This document shows, piece by piece, positions 27,885 through 38,296 of a stretch of 64,000 nt of DNA. The DNA comes from an uncultured Pseudomonadota bacterium. GTDB lineage: Bacteria > Pseudomonadota > Alphaproteobacteria > RF32 > CAG-239. A model generated the notes under the pieces. It did not search any database. It saw nothing but the letters and a program-made list of their open reading frames with translations, and was not told the origin of the DNA. Position 1 is the first letter of the stretch. Each line of letters opens with the position of its first letter. The stretch lies in NCBI GenBank assembly GCA_949297185.1, contig CASFRM010000003.1, positions 1,397-65,396 of the forward strand, read 5' to 3'. The translations under genes were made by a program, and so were the position numbers.

Positions 27885-30050
27885 GTGAAAAATTTTGTAC
27901 GCTTTTGTTTGCGCCTTGTGTTTACTATCTTTAAGGTGCGCTGCAATATCCAATTTGATGCTAATCGTTTGCCTACTAAGGCGGTGTATGTGTCAAATCA
28001 TGTGTCCTTCCTTGACCCGATAATGTTGTTTGCGTTTTTACCCGGTGATCCGGTATTTGCTCTGAACGGGCATTTGTATCGCAACAAATGGGTAAGAATA
28101 TTAATGCAAACGGCTGATGTCGTGCCCTTTAATCCGATTGAACCGGGTGATATTAAGGAACTTATTGCCAAAGTGGACAGTGGTAGATGTTGTGTGATTT
28201 TTGCCGAAGGCAGAATTACCGAAAGCGGTGGTTTGATGAAAATATACGAAGCTCCGGGATTGGTGGCTGATAAGTCCGGTGCTCCGATTGTGCCGGTGTG
28301 GATTGACGGACCGCAATTTGGTTATTTCTCTAAAACAAAAGGAAAGTTGCCTCATCGTCCGTTGCCTAAGGTACAAATTACTGTTAGAAAACCGGTTAAG
28401 TTTAAGTTGAAAGACGAGCTGCGTCGTCAAAGAGATCATATCAGTAACGAAGTTTATATGATTATGCGTGATATGAGTTTTGATGCGATTAACAACGGCA
28501 ATATTTCTTTGTTCGGAATGTTGATGAAGGCGGCAAAAATCAATTCTAAACGAGGTTTGTTGCATCGTCCGAAGTTCTTTGAAGATATTAACAGAGTTCC
28601 GCAGTCTTATCGCGATATCGTGATTAAGTCTTTTGTTTTGGGGCGTTTCTTTAAGGGAATGACCAGACCGGGAGAACATGTGGCTATCCTCTTGCCGAAT
28701 GTGTTGGCTAATGTTTGCACATTCTTTGGCTTGTCGGCTTATGAGAGAATTCCGGTTATGCTTAATTTCTCGGTCGGTTCTAAGAATATGGTGTCTATGT
28801 GCAATACCGCTAAAGTTAAGCTGATTATCACTTCTAATGCATTTATCCGTAATGCTAAAATGGAAAATGTGGTAGATGATTTGCGCAAAGCCGGATATAA
28901 AGTCTTTTATTTGGAAGAATTGCGTAAACATATTACCTTAAAGGACAAGATAGGTGCGTATGTTCGTTATAAATTAAAACGAGTACCTCATCCGGTGGGC
29001 GGAAATAAAAAGGCCGTAATTTTGTTTACTTCGGGTTCGGAAGGGGCACCAAAGGCTGTTGTTTTGAGCCATGCCAATATTATTTCCAATGTGGATCAGA
29101 TGAGCTGTATCGAGGCGATTAATACTTCGGATATTTTCCTTAACGCTTTGCCTATGTTCCACAGCTTTGGTCTTACGGTAGGTACTTTGTTCCCGATATT
29201 TAAGGGTAGTAAGTTGTTTTTGTATCCGTCTCCGTTGCATTATCGTATTATTGCCGAACTTTCTTATGAAATAGGGGCTACGGTTTTGCTTGGTACCGAT
29301 ACTTTCTTCCGTGGTTATGCCAAAATTGCGCATCCGATGGATTTCCACAATATTCGCTTTATGTATGGCGGAGCGGAAGCTATTAAGCCGGATACACGCA
29401 ATTTGTGGGGTGAGAGATTGGGTATAAGCGTTAAAGAAGCTTATGGTTCTACAGAGTGTTCACCGGTGGTTACGGCAAATAACCGCATTTTCAACCGTTT
29501 TGGCTCAATAGGAAAATTGTTGCCGAAAATTCAACACAAAATCGTACCGGTTGATGGAATCGAGAAAGGCGGTGAATTGTGGGTTAAAGGACCTAATATC
29601 ATGTTGGGGTATTATTTGCCTGATAATCCGGGTGTTTTGGTGCCGCCGGAGGATGGTTGGTATCATACCGGTGATGTGGTCGAGATGGATGAAATCGGCT
29701 TTGTTTATATCAGAGACAGAATTAAGAGATTTGCAAAAGTCGGTGGAGAGATGGTGTCGTTGAATGCCGTATTGGAAACCGTAGTTAAGGCTTTTGAGGC
29801 GGACGGAGTCGACTTCTCTTATGGTGTGGTTGCCGTGCCTCATGAAAGCAAAGGCGAGCAAATCGTTTTGGTAACCAATAATAAAGAAGCCAGCAATGAT
29901 AGATTGCACGCCTATATTAAGCAGAACGGGTTGCCGGAGTTGTATTTGCCGAGAGTGATTTTGTATCATGATACTCTGCCGGTATTTGCAACCGGAAAGG
30001 CTGATAATGTAACTTTGAAAAAACAGGTTATGGAAGAATTAGGCTTGTAG
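27885..30050 (+). CDS. aas: bifunctional 2-acylglycerophosphoethanolamine acyltransferase / acyl-ACP synthetase
   Basis: 721 aa. N-terminal PlsC-type acyltransferase (HVSFLDP, FAEGRIT) fused to an AMP-binding domain (FTSGSEGAPKAVVLSH, YGSTE, HTGD). Same architecture and size as E. coli Aas. Confidence 0.85.
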   Translation: MKNFVRFCLRLVFTIFKVRCNIQFDANRLPTKAVYVSNHVSFLDPIMLFAFLPGDPVFALNGHLYRNKWVRILMQTADVVPFNPIEPGDIKELIAKVDSGRCCVIFAEGRITESGGLMKIYEAPGLVADKSGAPIVPVWIDGPQFGYFSKTKGKLPHRPLPKVQITVRKPVKFKLKDELRRQRDHISNEVYMIMRDMSFDAINNGNISLFGMLMKAAKINSKRGLLHRPKFFEDINRVPQSYRDIVIKSFVLGRFFKGMTRPGEHVAILLPNVLANVCTFFGLSAYERIPVMLNFSVGSKNMVSMCNTAKVKLIITSNAFIRNAKMENVVDDLRKAGYKVFYLEELRKHITLKDKIGAYVRYKLKRVPHPVGGNKKAVILFTSGSEGAPKAVVLSHANIISNVDQMSCIEAINTSDIFLNALPMFHSFGLTVGTLFPIFKGSKLFLYPSPLHYRIIAELSYEIGATVLLGTDTFFRGYAKIAHPMDFHNIRFMYGGAEAIKPDTRNLWGERLGISVKEAYGSTECSPVVTANNRIFNRFGSIGKLLPKIQHKIVPVDGIEKGGELWVKGPNIMLGYYLPDNPGVLVPPEDGWYHTGDVVEMDEIGFVYIRDRIKRFAKVGGEMVSLNAVLETVVKAFEADGVDFSYGVVAVPHESKGEQIVLVTNNKEASNDRLHAYIKQNGLPELYLPRVILYHDTLPVFATGKADNVTLKKQVMEELGL

Positions 30051-30074
30051 GCTTAATTCATAGTAAGTGAATGA

Positions 30075-30103
30075 GGAGGCTGTGTAAAATGGCCTCCTTT
30101 TTT
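30075..30103 (+). terminator. rho-independent terminator (aas)
   Basis: GGAGGC pairs with GCCTCC, followed by TTTTTT. Confidence 0.6.
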
Positions 30104-30145
30104 ACTTTTATTAGGTATAATTTGTCTTGATTATTTATGGCATAA

Positions 30146-30184
30146 ATGAAAAAACCGCTTTCTTGTGTAATAAGAAAGCGGTTT
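30146..30184 (-). terminator. rho-independent terminator (rpsU)
   Basis: AAACCGCTTTCTT pairs with AAGAAAGCGGTTT, with a T run on the minus strand. Confidence 0.7.
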
Positions 30185-30208
30185 TGAATCTTGTAGGCTT
30201 ATATGAAA

Positions 30209-30415
30209 CTAGAAGCCTTCTGTATCTAAGCGTTTACGCAACTGTTTGCGAGCACGACGAATGGCCTCGGCTTGACGACGAGCTTTCTTTTCAGAATTCT
30301 TTTCGTGACAACGACGCAATTTCATTTCGCGGAAAATACCTTCGCGTTGCATCTTTTTCTTCAATACTTTCAAAGATTGTCCGACATCATTACCTATAAC
30401 AGTAACTTGAACCAC
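30209..30415 (-). CDS. rpsU: 30S ribosomal protein S21
   Basis: 68 aa, basic: [26 protein letters not shown]... Confidence 0.95.
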   Translation of the reverse strand: MVQVTVIGNDVGQSLKVLKKKMQREGIFREMKLRRCHEKNSEKKARRQAEAIRRARKQLRKRLDTEGF

Positions 30416-30674
30416 TTAAATCACCCCATTTCATATATCAAAAAAAGTTAATAACAAAATCTAATTGAGCCTTTTAGCATTGCTTAGCTTAAAAAGCAAG
30501 AACTTTTTTATTATAACATAATATTTGCTGCCATTAAAGAAAAATCTTTTCTCAATATATTGTTTTTGCTAAATATTTTAAAATAAATACACAATGTTTC
30601 AATCATTCGATTGATTTATTATTTTTTGTGTGTTATCAATCACTTCGTGCTTTAACCTTAAAAGGACTTTTTTT

Positions 30675-31901
30675 ATGAAAAAAATAATCACTTTTACAGC
30701 TTTGGGTGTGATCCTTGCCGCTGCTGATGCTAATGCTGCAGGTTTCCACTTGCGTGAACAATCTGCTGCCGCTTTGGGTAACGCTTTTGCCGGTTCTACT
30801 GCCGGAGCAGAAAATAACTCTTATTCTTATTTCAATGTTGCCGGTTTGACTAAACAAAAAGGTACTCAGGTTAATCTCGGCGGTACTTACATTATCCCCA
30901 GAGCCGAAGCTCATGATATTTATGGAGAAAATGGCAGAAATCAAGATGTTAATAATATTGTGCATGCTGCTATTGCTCCGAATGGCACAATTTCGCACCA
31001 GCTTAATGATAAAACAACAATCGGTTTGTCGCTTAATGTGCCTTTCGGTATGATTACCAAGTATGATGGTGGTTGGGCCGGTTCTGACCATGGTATTACC
31101 TCTAAGGTTATTACCGCTACCACAACCCCGATGGTGGCTTATAAAGTTACCGATAATTTGAGCATCGGTGCCGGCTTGCCAATACAATATGTTAAGGCTA
31201 GATTGACCAATACCGCTTCACACCAAGCTGTTAATACTAAGTTGGAAGGTGATACCGTTGATGTCGGATATCAACTTGGTGCTATGTACGAATTTAATGA
31301 AGATACCAGAATCGGTGTCGGATATCGTTCAGAAATCAATCACAAATTAAAAGGTGATATTTCTGCAAGTGCTCCTCTTCCTAACCTTAATCAAGATATT
31401 TCCGCTCGTTTGGATACTCCGGCAATGTTCTCGGTCGGTGCTTATCACCGTTTGAATGATAAGTGGGAATTGATGGCCGAATATCAGAGAGTTTATTGGA
31501 ATTCTTTCGATAGTTTGGATATTTACGGAAGAGATGTTCCTGGATTGATAAGTTCAACACCTGAAAATTGGCGTGATACCAACTTCTATGCTATCGGTGC
31601 AAGCTATCAGATGGATCATCAGTGGAAATTGCGTCTCGGTTTGGCTTATGACGAATCGGCTGTTAAGGCTGCAGACAGAACCCCGAGAATTCCGGATTCT
31701 GACAGATATTGGTATTCTATTGGTTTGAGCTATGCTTATAGCGAAAACTTGACCTTTGATGCCGCATTTACTTATATTCAAGCAAAAGAAGCTTCGGTTA
31801 ACATACCTAACGACTACCCGTCAGCTAATTCAAGAGGTGTAACCGCAGAATATGATAACTCGGTTAAATTGGTTGGTTTATCTTTGAACTATAAGTTCTA
31901 A
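30675..31901 (+). CDS. outer-membrane long-chain fatty acid / hydrophobic compound transporter (FadL/OMPP1/TodX family)
   Basis: Signal peptide MKKIITFTALGVILAAADANA, then AGFHLREQSAAALGNAFAG, with beta-barrel periodicity and a terminal Phe. Confidence 0.85.
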   Translation: MKKIITFTALGVILAAADANAAGFHLREQSAAALGNAFAGSTAGAENNSYSYFNVAGLTKQKGTQVNLGGTYIIPRAEAHDIYGENGRNQDVNNIVHAAIAPNGTISHQLNDKTTIGLSLNVPFGMITKYDGGWAGSDHGITSKVITATTTPMVAYKVTDNLSIGAGLPIQYVKARLTNTASHQAVNTKLEGDTVDVGYQLGAMYEFNEDTRIGVGYRSEINHKLKGDISASAPLPNLNQDISARLDTPAMFSVGAYHRLNDKWELMAEYQRVYWNSFDSLDIYGRDVPGLISSTPENWRDTNFYAIGASYQMDHQWKLRLGLAYDESAVKAADRTPRIPDSDRYWYSIGLSYAYSENLTFDAAFTYIQAKEASVNIPNDYPSANSRGVTAEYDNSVKLVGLSLNYKF

Positions 31902-31920
31902 TTAACCAAATTATTAAAAA

Positions 31921-31951
31921 AACGGGGAGGTTTGACCTTCCCGTTTTTTTG
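31921..31951 (+). terminator. rho-independent terminator
   Basis: ACGGGGAGG pairs with CCTTCCCGT, followed by TTTTTTT. Confidence 0.7.
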
Positions 31952-32009
31952 TGTTGATTTTTTGTCAAAAAATGCTACAATTATTAAAATTTTGACAAAA
32001 GGAGGGTCT

Positions 32010-33500
32010 ATGTCGGTAGCTGATAAATATCCTCGGAGCAAATATATCAAAAAACTTATTGAAAATTATACCAGAGATGTTATCGACTGGGGGGCTAAGT
32101 ATGGCCGAGCTAAGAAGCAGTACGGAGATAATGCAAGGCTCGATAAACCGTACCCTTATTCGGAAGAAGCCAAACAAAATCTTTTTGATCATTTTGATGC
32201 ATTGTTTCGCGAGGCCGATAAAAAAGATTGGGCCGATCTTAACGGGCATATGCTGTGGTATTTTGCGGATAATATAAAAAATGCTTTTGCAAAGAATATG
32301 TTCGAAATTTTTGATTATCAAATTAAAAATTATCCTCTTACCGATAATGCTAAAGTCAATTTTTTGGAACTTCTGTTTAGTAAAGATAAAGAAAATAATA
32401 TTTCTCAGGTCGCTTTAGAAAAAATTGCCGATTATAATCCAACGTGCTATCAAGAAATTACAAATCGCTTATTTACAAAAGCAAGCATTTATCTTGATAA
32501 TCCCAGAAGAGTTAAAAAAGTCGGCTTGATATATATGGTTTTTGAAAAATATGCGAAAAACATCGAAGTAGTTTCGGATAAGGTGGTGCTTAATTGCGCT
32601 GATTTGTATTTTAAATTAGCAAATAGATTAGATAAGCCTTTGAGTGTTAAACCGCTTGAGATGTTGCTGACAAAAGAAGCCGAAACTTTATATAATAATG
32701 CCGTTGGCAAAGAGCCTTATGTTAATACCAGGTTGGTTAAAGAACTATTTGAAACCTATATCGAATTTGTGAAAAAGAACGAAAATATAAAACCACATTT
32801 GCATTTCGAAATGAAGGATTTCGGCGGTAAATTAATGGAATATTATACGCATGATGAAGTCAAAGATTTGATAAATGTATTGAACTTACCAAAACTTTCT
32901 AAAATGAGTAAAAATTATAAAGATAGTATATATAAAGTCGATAGCATGCGAGAAGAGTTTGAGTATTTATATAACAGAGCTAAAAAATACAAAACTTGGA
33001 AAGAACGTGTTGATATAAAAAGTCCAGATTTTGTAGCTAATAGAAATAATGTGCTTAATTATGCAAACAATTTATTTAATGATGCATCTAAAAATCAATA
33101 TGATGATGTTAAGACCGATACCTTGTACCAGCTTTTGTTGAGTAATGCAAAAGTCAGAGGATTGGATGATCCTCAGGTGGATATATTCGGGAATGTATCG
33201 AGGAAAAATACAATTGATAAAAAGTTGGTGAAAGATGTGGCCGCTGCTTATGCTGACTTTGTGGAACATACCGATATGGAGGTCGGGTATTTAAATCCTG
33301 ATTTTCATAAAAATTTGACCAATATGTTTAAGGATATTGTTACAAAGTACGACTATACCCCCGAAAATGTTAGCGAATTGACGGAGACTTTGGCTAAAGG
33401 TGCAAGAGGAGACCGTGTATTTAAGAGTATGGCCGCTGATGTATCTTCTGCTTATAATTCAAGCAAGGTTGTTAAAACAAAAGCAGGGCGAAGCTTATAG
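32010..33500 (+). CDS. hypothetical protein (large orphan, K/N/D/Y-rich)
   Basis: ATG at 32010 follows AAGGAGGG. 496 aa with no signal peptide or TM helix and no recognised domain. Contains an internally recurring motif ([15 protein letters not shown] and [15 protein letters not shown]). Confidence 0.55.
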   Translation: MSVADKYPRSKYIKKLIENYTRDVIDWGAKYGRAKKQYGDNARLDKPYPYSEEAKQNLFDHFDALFREADKKDWADLNGHMLWYFADNIKNAFAKNMFEIFDYQIKNYPLTDNAKVNFLELLFSKDKENNISQVALEKIADYNPTCYQEITNRLFTKASIYLDNPRRVKKVGLIYMVFEKYAKNIEVVSDKVVLNCADLYFKLANRLDKPLSVKPLEMLLTKEAETLYNNAVGKEPYVNTRLVKELFETYIEFVKKNENIKPHLHFEMKDFGGKLMEYYTHDEVKDLINVLNLPKLSKMSKNYKDSIYKVDSMREEFEYLYNRAKKYKTWKERVDIKSPDFVANRNNVLNYANNLFNDASKNQYDDVKTDTLYQLLLSNAKVRGLDDPQVDIFGNVSRKNTIDKKLVKDVAAAYADFVEHTDMEVGYLNPDFHKNLTNMFKDIVTKYDYTPENVSELTETLAKGARGDRVFKSMAADVSSAYNSSKVVKTKAGRSL

Positions 33501-36302
33501 TTTATCTCGCAAGAATTTAGCTGTATAGCTTATGGTAGATTTGGCCACTTCTTCAGGTGCGCCTTGGGCGATTATTTGTCCGCCGCCATCTCCGCCTTCG
33601 GGTCCAATATCAATAATATAATCAGCTGTTTTTATAACATCGAGATTGTGTTCAATGACAATCAGTGAGTTGCCTTGTTCGACCAAAGATTGCAATATCG
33701 AAAGCAGTTTGTTGATGTCTTCAAAGTGCAGTCCGGTTGTCGGTTCATCTAAAATATACAAGGTCTTACCGGTGGCTCTTTTGGATAGTTCTTTAGATAG
33801 TTTTATGCGTTGAGCTTCACCGCCGGAAAGTGTGGTCGCCGGTTGTCCGAGTTTGATATAACCAAGACCGACTCTTCTTAATAAATCGAGTTTGTTTTTG
33901 ATTGAGGGTATGTTCTCAAAAAATACATAAGCCTCATCAACCGTCATGTCCAAAACATCGGCAATCGATTTGTCTTTGTATTTAACCTCCAAGGTCTCAC
34001 GGTTGAATCTCTTGCCCTTACAAACATCACATTCAACATAAACATCAGGCAAAAAGTGCATTTCAATTTTGGTGACGCCATCACCCTTACAAGCTTCGCA
34101 ACGGCCGCCGGCGACATTGAAAGAAAAGCGTCCGGCATTGTATCCTCTGGCCTTGGCCTCCGGTAAAGCGGCAAACCAATCGCGGATGTTGCCGAATACT
34201 CCTGTGTAGGTGGCCGGATTGGAACGAGGGGTGCGACCTATCGGAGATTGGTCAATATTAATTATCTTATCAATATTTTCGGCACCGATGAGTTTATCGT
34301 ATATTCCGGCAGGTTCGCGAGAGCCGTTAATTTCTTTTTCCAGAGCTTTACATAAGGTTTCCAATATCAAAGATGATTTGCCGCCGCCTGATACTCCGGT
34401 TACGCAGGTAAATGTGCCAAGCGGAATTTTAACATCTACATTCTTTAGATTGTTGGTACGGGCACCTTTTAGACCTATGAATTTTCCGTTGCCTTTGCGT
34501 CGTTTTTCCGGCACGGCAATCTTTTTAATTCCATTTAAATACTGAGCCGTCAGACTATCGGTTTTTAAGACATCTTTCACAGTGCCTGAGGCCATGATCT
34601 TGCCGCCTTGCGAACCGGCGTAAGGTCCGATATCAATCAAGAAATCTGCGGCGCGAATCGCATCTTCGTCATGCTCGACCACAATTACGCTGTTGCCGAT
34701 ATCGCGTAAACGCGTAAGGGTTTCTATCAAGCGGTTGTTATCGCGTTGGTGTAGACCGATTGAGGGTTCGTCTAATACATACAAAACACCGGTAAGGCCG
34801 GTGCCGATTTGACTGGCCAGTCTGATGCGTTGAGATTCACCACCGGAAAGGCTGCCGGATTGACGGGATAAGGTTAGATATTCCAAGCCTACATTGTTTA
34901 AAAAGCTTAGCCTTTCGCATATTTCTTTTAATATTTTGGTCGCTATCTCTTGTTTTTTGGGAGTTAAGTTTGGTTTTACACCATTAAACCAAACAAGAGC
35001 ATCTTTAATTGACATATCTGAAGCTTCCATAATATCCAAGCCGCAGATTTTGACAGCCAAAGCCTCAGGTTTTAGTCTTTTGCCGCCGCATACCTCACAT
35101 GGTGCTGCCGATTGATAACGCGATAGCTCTTCTCTTGAAGCCGCAGAATCGGTTTCTAAAAAACGTCTTTCCATGTTGGGAATAACGCCTTCGAAAGGCT
35201 TGTTGGTGGCAAAGCGGCTGTAATACATCGGAATGGGTTCATCGCCGGAGCCATACAAGATTATGTCTTTGGCTTTTTGCGGCAGGTCTTTCCATGGGGT
35301 CTTAAGTGATATGTTTAAGTACTCGGCCAAAGAATAAAGTGTCTGTTCGTAAAAAGAGGTACGGAAACCATGCCACGGAGCAATGGCGCCTTGGCTTAGA
35401 GATAAATTGGGATTGGGAACGACCAAAAGGGGATCCATGTATAATTTGGCACCGATACCGTCGCAATGAGGGCAGGCTCCGTATGGGTTATTAAATGAGA
35501 ACAGTCTGGGTTCGATTTCTTCAATGGTAAAACCGGATACCGGACAAGCAAATTTGGAAGAAAAGGTGAGCTGTTCGTTGGTTGATAAATTTTCTACAAA
35601 AACCAAACCATCACTTAGTTTTAGAGCTGTTTCAAATGATTGGCTCAATCTTTCGGCGATACTCTCTTTTACTATTACGCGGTCAACCACCACGGAAATA
35701 TCATGTTTTTGATTTTTGTTTAGTTCGGGAGTGGAATCCAAATCATAGATTTCACCATCAATCTTTACGCGTTGAAAACCTTGTTTTTGCAAACTTTCGA
35801 GTTCTTTTTTGTATTCGCCCTTTTTACCGCGAGCAATGGGGGCTAGAATCAGCAACTTGCTACCCTCGGGGAGTGATAAGACTTTATCGGTCATCTGTGA
35901 TACGGTTTGGCTTTCTATCGGTAGTCCGGTGGCCGGAGAATATGGCGTGCCGACACGAGCCCACAGAAGTCGCATATAGTCGTATATTTCGGTAATGGTG
36001 CCGACGGTGGAACGCGGGTTGTGCGAAGTGGTTTTTTGTTCAATCGAAATTGCCGGTGATAGACCTTCAATCGAATCTACATCGGGCTTTTTCATCAAGT
36101 CTAAAAACTGGCGGGCATAAGATGACAAACTTTCAACATAACGGCGTTGACCTTCGGCATAAATAGTGTCAAAGGCTAAAGATGATTTACCCGAGCCGGA
36201 CAAACCGGTGATTACGGTTAGCTTGTTCTTAGGAATGCTGATATTTATGTTCTTAAGGTTGTGTTCTCTGGCACCTTTTATTTCTATAAAATCACTGCTC
36301 AT
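33495..36302 (-). CDS. uvrA: excinuclease ABC subunit A
   Basis: 935 aa. Two ABC modules ([18 protein letters not shown]; [16 protein letters not shown]) and zinc-finger Cys clusters. Confidence 0.97.
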   Translation of the reverse strand: MSSDFIEIKGAREHNLKNINISIPKNKLTVITGLSGSGKSSLAFDTIYAEGQRRYVESLSSYARQFLDLMKKPDVDSIEGLSPAISIEQKTTSHNPRSTVGTITEIYDYMRLLWARVGTPYSPATGLPIESQTVSQMTDKVLSLPEGSKLLILAPIARGKKGEYKKELESLQKQGFQRVKIDGEIYDLDSTPELNKNQKHDISVVVDRVIVKESIAERLSQSFETALKLSDGLVFVENLSTNEQLTFSSKFACPVSGFTIEEIEPRLFSFNNPYGACPHCDGIGAKLYMDPLLVVPNPNLSLSQGAIAPWHGFRTSFYEQTLYSLAEYLNISLKTPWKDLPQKAKDIILYGSGDEPIPMYYSRFATNKPFEGVIPNMERRFLETDSAASREELSRYQSAAPCEVCGGKRLKPEALAVKICGLDIMEASDMSIKDALVWFNGVKPNLTPKKQEIATKILKEICERLSFLNNVGLEYLTLSRQSGSLSGGESQRIRLASQIGTGLTGVLYVLDEPSIGLHQRDNNRLIETLTRLRDIGNSVIVVEHDEDAIRAADFLIDIGPYAGSQGGKIMASGTVKDVLKTDSLTAQYLNGIKKIAVPEKRRKGNGKFIGLKGARTNNLKNVDVKIPLGTFTCVTGVSGGGKSSLILETLCKALEKEINGSREPAGIYDKLIGAENIDKIINIDQSPIGRTPRSNPATYTGVFGNIRDWFAALPEAKARGYNAGRFSFNVAGGRCEACKGDGVTKIEMHFLPDVYVECDVCKGKRFNRETLEVKYKDKSIADVLDMTVDEAYVFFENIPSIKNKLDLLRRVGLGYIKLGQPATTLSGGEAQRIKLSKELSKRATGKTLYILDEPTTGLHFEDINKLLSILQSLVEQGNSLIVIEHNLDVIKTADYIIDIGPEGGDGGGQIIAQGAPEEVAKSTISYTAKFLRDKL

Positions 36303-36516
36303 CTTGTTTCTCCTAATCGGAGCACCAATATAAGCTTATTATTATTTCTTGGCAATAAAATTGTTGACAAGATATTGTGGATATGGCATCCTCCGGCCTG
36401 TTTTGTGGAGTTTTTATTTATGATGCTTGTAAATGTAATGTTTAATATTGTTTCTGTTCGCCGCCGTATGTTCTTGCGACGATGATTGCTGTTGTAAAAA
36501 TTAAAATTGTCGTTGC

Positions 36517-36550
36517 AGGATTTGAGGTGAAAATTTCAAATCCTTTTTTT
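36517..36550 (+). terminator. rho-independent terminator in the leader of the GNAT gene
   Basis: AGGATTTGA (36517-36525) pairs with TCAAATCCT (36536-36544), followed by TTTTTTT. It lies 33 nt before the ATG at 36583. Confidence 0.6.
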
Positions 36551-36582
36551 GCATTAATCATTAAAGGTACAGGAACATTAAA

Positions 36583-37350
36583 ATGGTGAAAAAATTAGAA
36601 GTAAAAGAATTAAATATTGAGAATTTGCCTGCCGTTATGGCTTTGCAAGATAAAATATTTGCCAATTTGCAGCAAGACGAAAAACATTTTATTTTGAAAA
36701 GAAGCGTTGAAGATTTTATGAAGGCTTTGGATGGAAAAAATGTTCATATGTTTGGAATATTTGACGGTAGTAAATTAGTGGCGCAAAGTATGTTCGAATT
36801 TCCTCAAAACGGTCAAAAAAGGGAATTGGCGGAGTTTGCCTCTGATGTTAATTACAACGATTTGGTGATTTATAAAGCGACATTGGTGGATTTGGATTAT
36901 CGCGGCAAAGGATTGATGCAAGAATTGCTTAGGCAAAGAGAGGAAAAGGCAAAATCTTTTGGTAAAAAGACGGCAATAAGTCAGATAGCTATTGATAATC
37001 CGGCGAGTTGGGTCAATGCCTTAAAAAGTGGAATGTCTATCAGAAAAGTTGATAAGGACCCGTTTGACGGAACAAAAGTTTTATACATGCAAAAAGATTT
37101 TTATAAACCATTGCTACCGGCCAGAGCAGAAAATAGTTTTTCAATGTATTTGGGAAAAAATATTCATAAGGAGATTCCTGCGCTGTTTAATAAAATGCAC
37201 TATTTGGCCGAGGCTGGATATTATGGAACCAGATTTATAGGAAACGAAAATAAAATTGTTTGGGAAAAAGGCGAAAAACAAAACGATTTGAATTTATTCA
37301 GAAGCTTTAGTCGTTTTGCAAATGGCCAAGGTAAAACCATTCACCGTTAA
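36583..37350 (+). CDS. GNAT-family N-acetyltransferase-like protein
   Basis: 255 aa. An acetyl-CoA motif-A-like segment LVDLDYRGKGLMQELL. Confidence 0.6.
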   Translation: MVKKLEVKELNIENLPAVMALQDKIFANLQQDEKHFILKRSVEDFMKALDGKNVHMFGIFDGSKLVAQSMFEFPQNGQKRELAEFASDVNYNDLVIYKATLVDLDYRGKGLMQELLRQREEKAKSFGKKTAISQIAIDNPASWVNALKSGMSIRKVDKDPFDGTKVLYMQKDFYKPLLPARAENSFSMYLGKNIHKEIPALFNKMHYLAEAGYYGTRFIGNENKIVWEKGEKQNDLNLFRSFSRFANGQGKTIHR

Positions 37351-38161
37351 TCAGCGCATGATGTTTAGGGAGTAAAATGTAGCTGTCTTGAGGACAAATA
37401 ATGGTGCTGCCGTCGTCGTAGGTAGCTATGATTTCATTTTGCTTTATTTGTTCTAGGTTATGAAATTCTTTATTTAATTTACCGGCTTTGGTCTTAACAT
37501 ATAATTTATCCATTACAATATTATGTTGTTTAATGGGAGCAGAAGGATATCCTTCGAGAATTTTTAGGTTAAGAAGGGTATTCATAATTACATAGTATGC
37601 AGTTTGCACTGATATTGGATCTAGGTTATATCCGCATTCCACAGTAAGGCAGGTTTTGCCGTGTATGTGCGCGCAGTTGCCGGTAGAAAGATCTTGAAAT
37701 GTATCGTCATCGGCATAAATTTGAGGCCACCCTTTGATAATGTATTTTATATTTTGAAATGAAGAAATTTTATCTGCCAACTCATCCTGATAATCATTGA
37801 AAATAAATGGTTCAGATGACGGTGCAGAGGTAGAGTGCAAATCAATTATAATGTCTGAGGCTGCAATGTGTTCTGATAATTCAATGGCTAGGTGTTGCTC
37901 GTAGGTTTGAGGTGTGTCGTAGTGCCTAATAATGCGGTTGAGATTCTCGTCAATTTGGCGGGTGTTGCGCTCAAAAGCCATAGGATTGCATACCGGAATA
38001 AAACTGACGGTTCCGCGTAACGGGGTGAGAGCTCGTGATGCAAACTTTTCTACTACTTTATAAATTGCTTGCGTTCCGCAGGGTTCGTTGCCGTGAACCG
38101 CACCGAGAAACAAAATATCTGGGCCTTTGTTGTCTGATTTAAAAGTATATTTTTTTAGCAT
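37307..38161 (-). CDS. succinylglutamate desuccinylase / aspartoacylase family (M14-like) hydrolase
   Basis: ILFLGAVHGNEPCGTQA, DLHST and a later His/Glu block. Its 3' end overlaps the convergent GNAT gene by 44 nt. Confidence 0.8.
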   Translation of the reverse strand: MLKKYTFKSDNKGPDILFLGAVHGNEPCGTQAIYKVVEKFASRALTPLRGTVSFIPVCNPMAFERNTRQIDENLNRIIRHYDTPQTYEQHLAIELSEHIAASDIIIDLHSTSAPSSEPFIFNDYQDELADKISSFQNIKYIIKGWPQIYADDDTFQDLSTGNCAHIHGKTCLTVECGYNLDPISVQTAYYVIMNTLLNLKILEGYPSAPIKQHNIVMDKLYVKTKAGKLNKEFHNLEQIKQNEIIATYDDGSTIICPQDSYILLPKHHALINGEWFYLGHLQND

Positions 38162-38296
38162 CTATCATTCCAGTAAATTATTTTTTGTAAATTCTAGAGA
38201 TTTGTTGTATTAAGTCAAACGTTATTTGAAAAAAAAGTTGCAAAAAGAAGATTGTTTTATTAATATTCCAGAAGTTTTAATTTGAGATAGAATGTT

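Noticed and set aside
28101-28931. A 276-aa minus-strand ORF inside aas. Similar long antisense or alternate-frame ORFs occur inside the fadL-family gene (30636-31187), rplI (51524-52075), tig (57930-58439), the TPR lipoprotein gene (59126-59767) and cca (5359-5773).
   Set aside because: All lie fully within confidently identified genes on the opposite strand or in another frame. They have low-complexity or biased translations and no start context.
36456-36473. GTTC...GTTC direct repeat upstream of uvrA, considered as an alphaproteobacterial LexA (SOS) box.
   Set aside because: The spacer is 10 nt, whereas the described box is GTTC-N7-GTTC. It also lies about 155 nt from the uvrA start, inside the micro-ORF.
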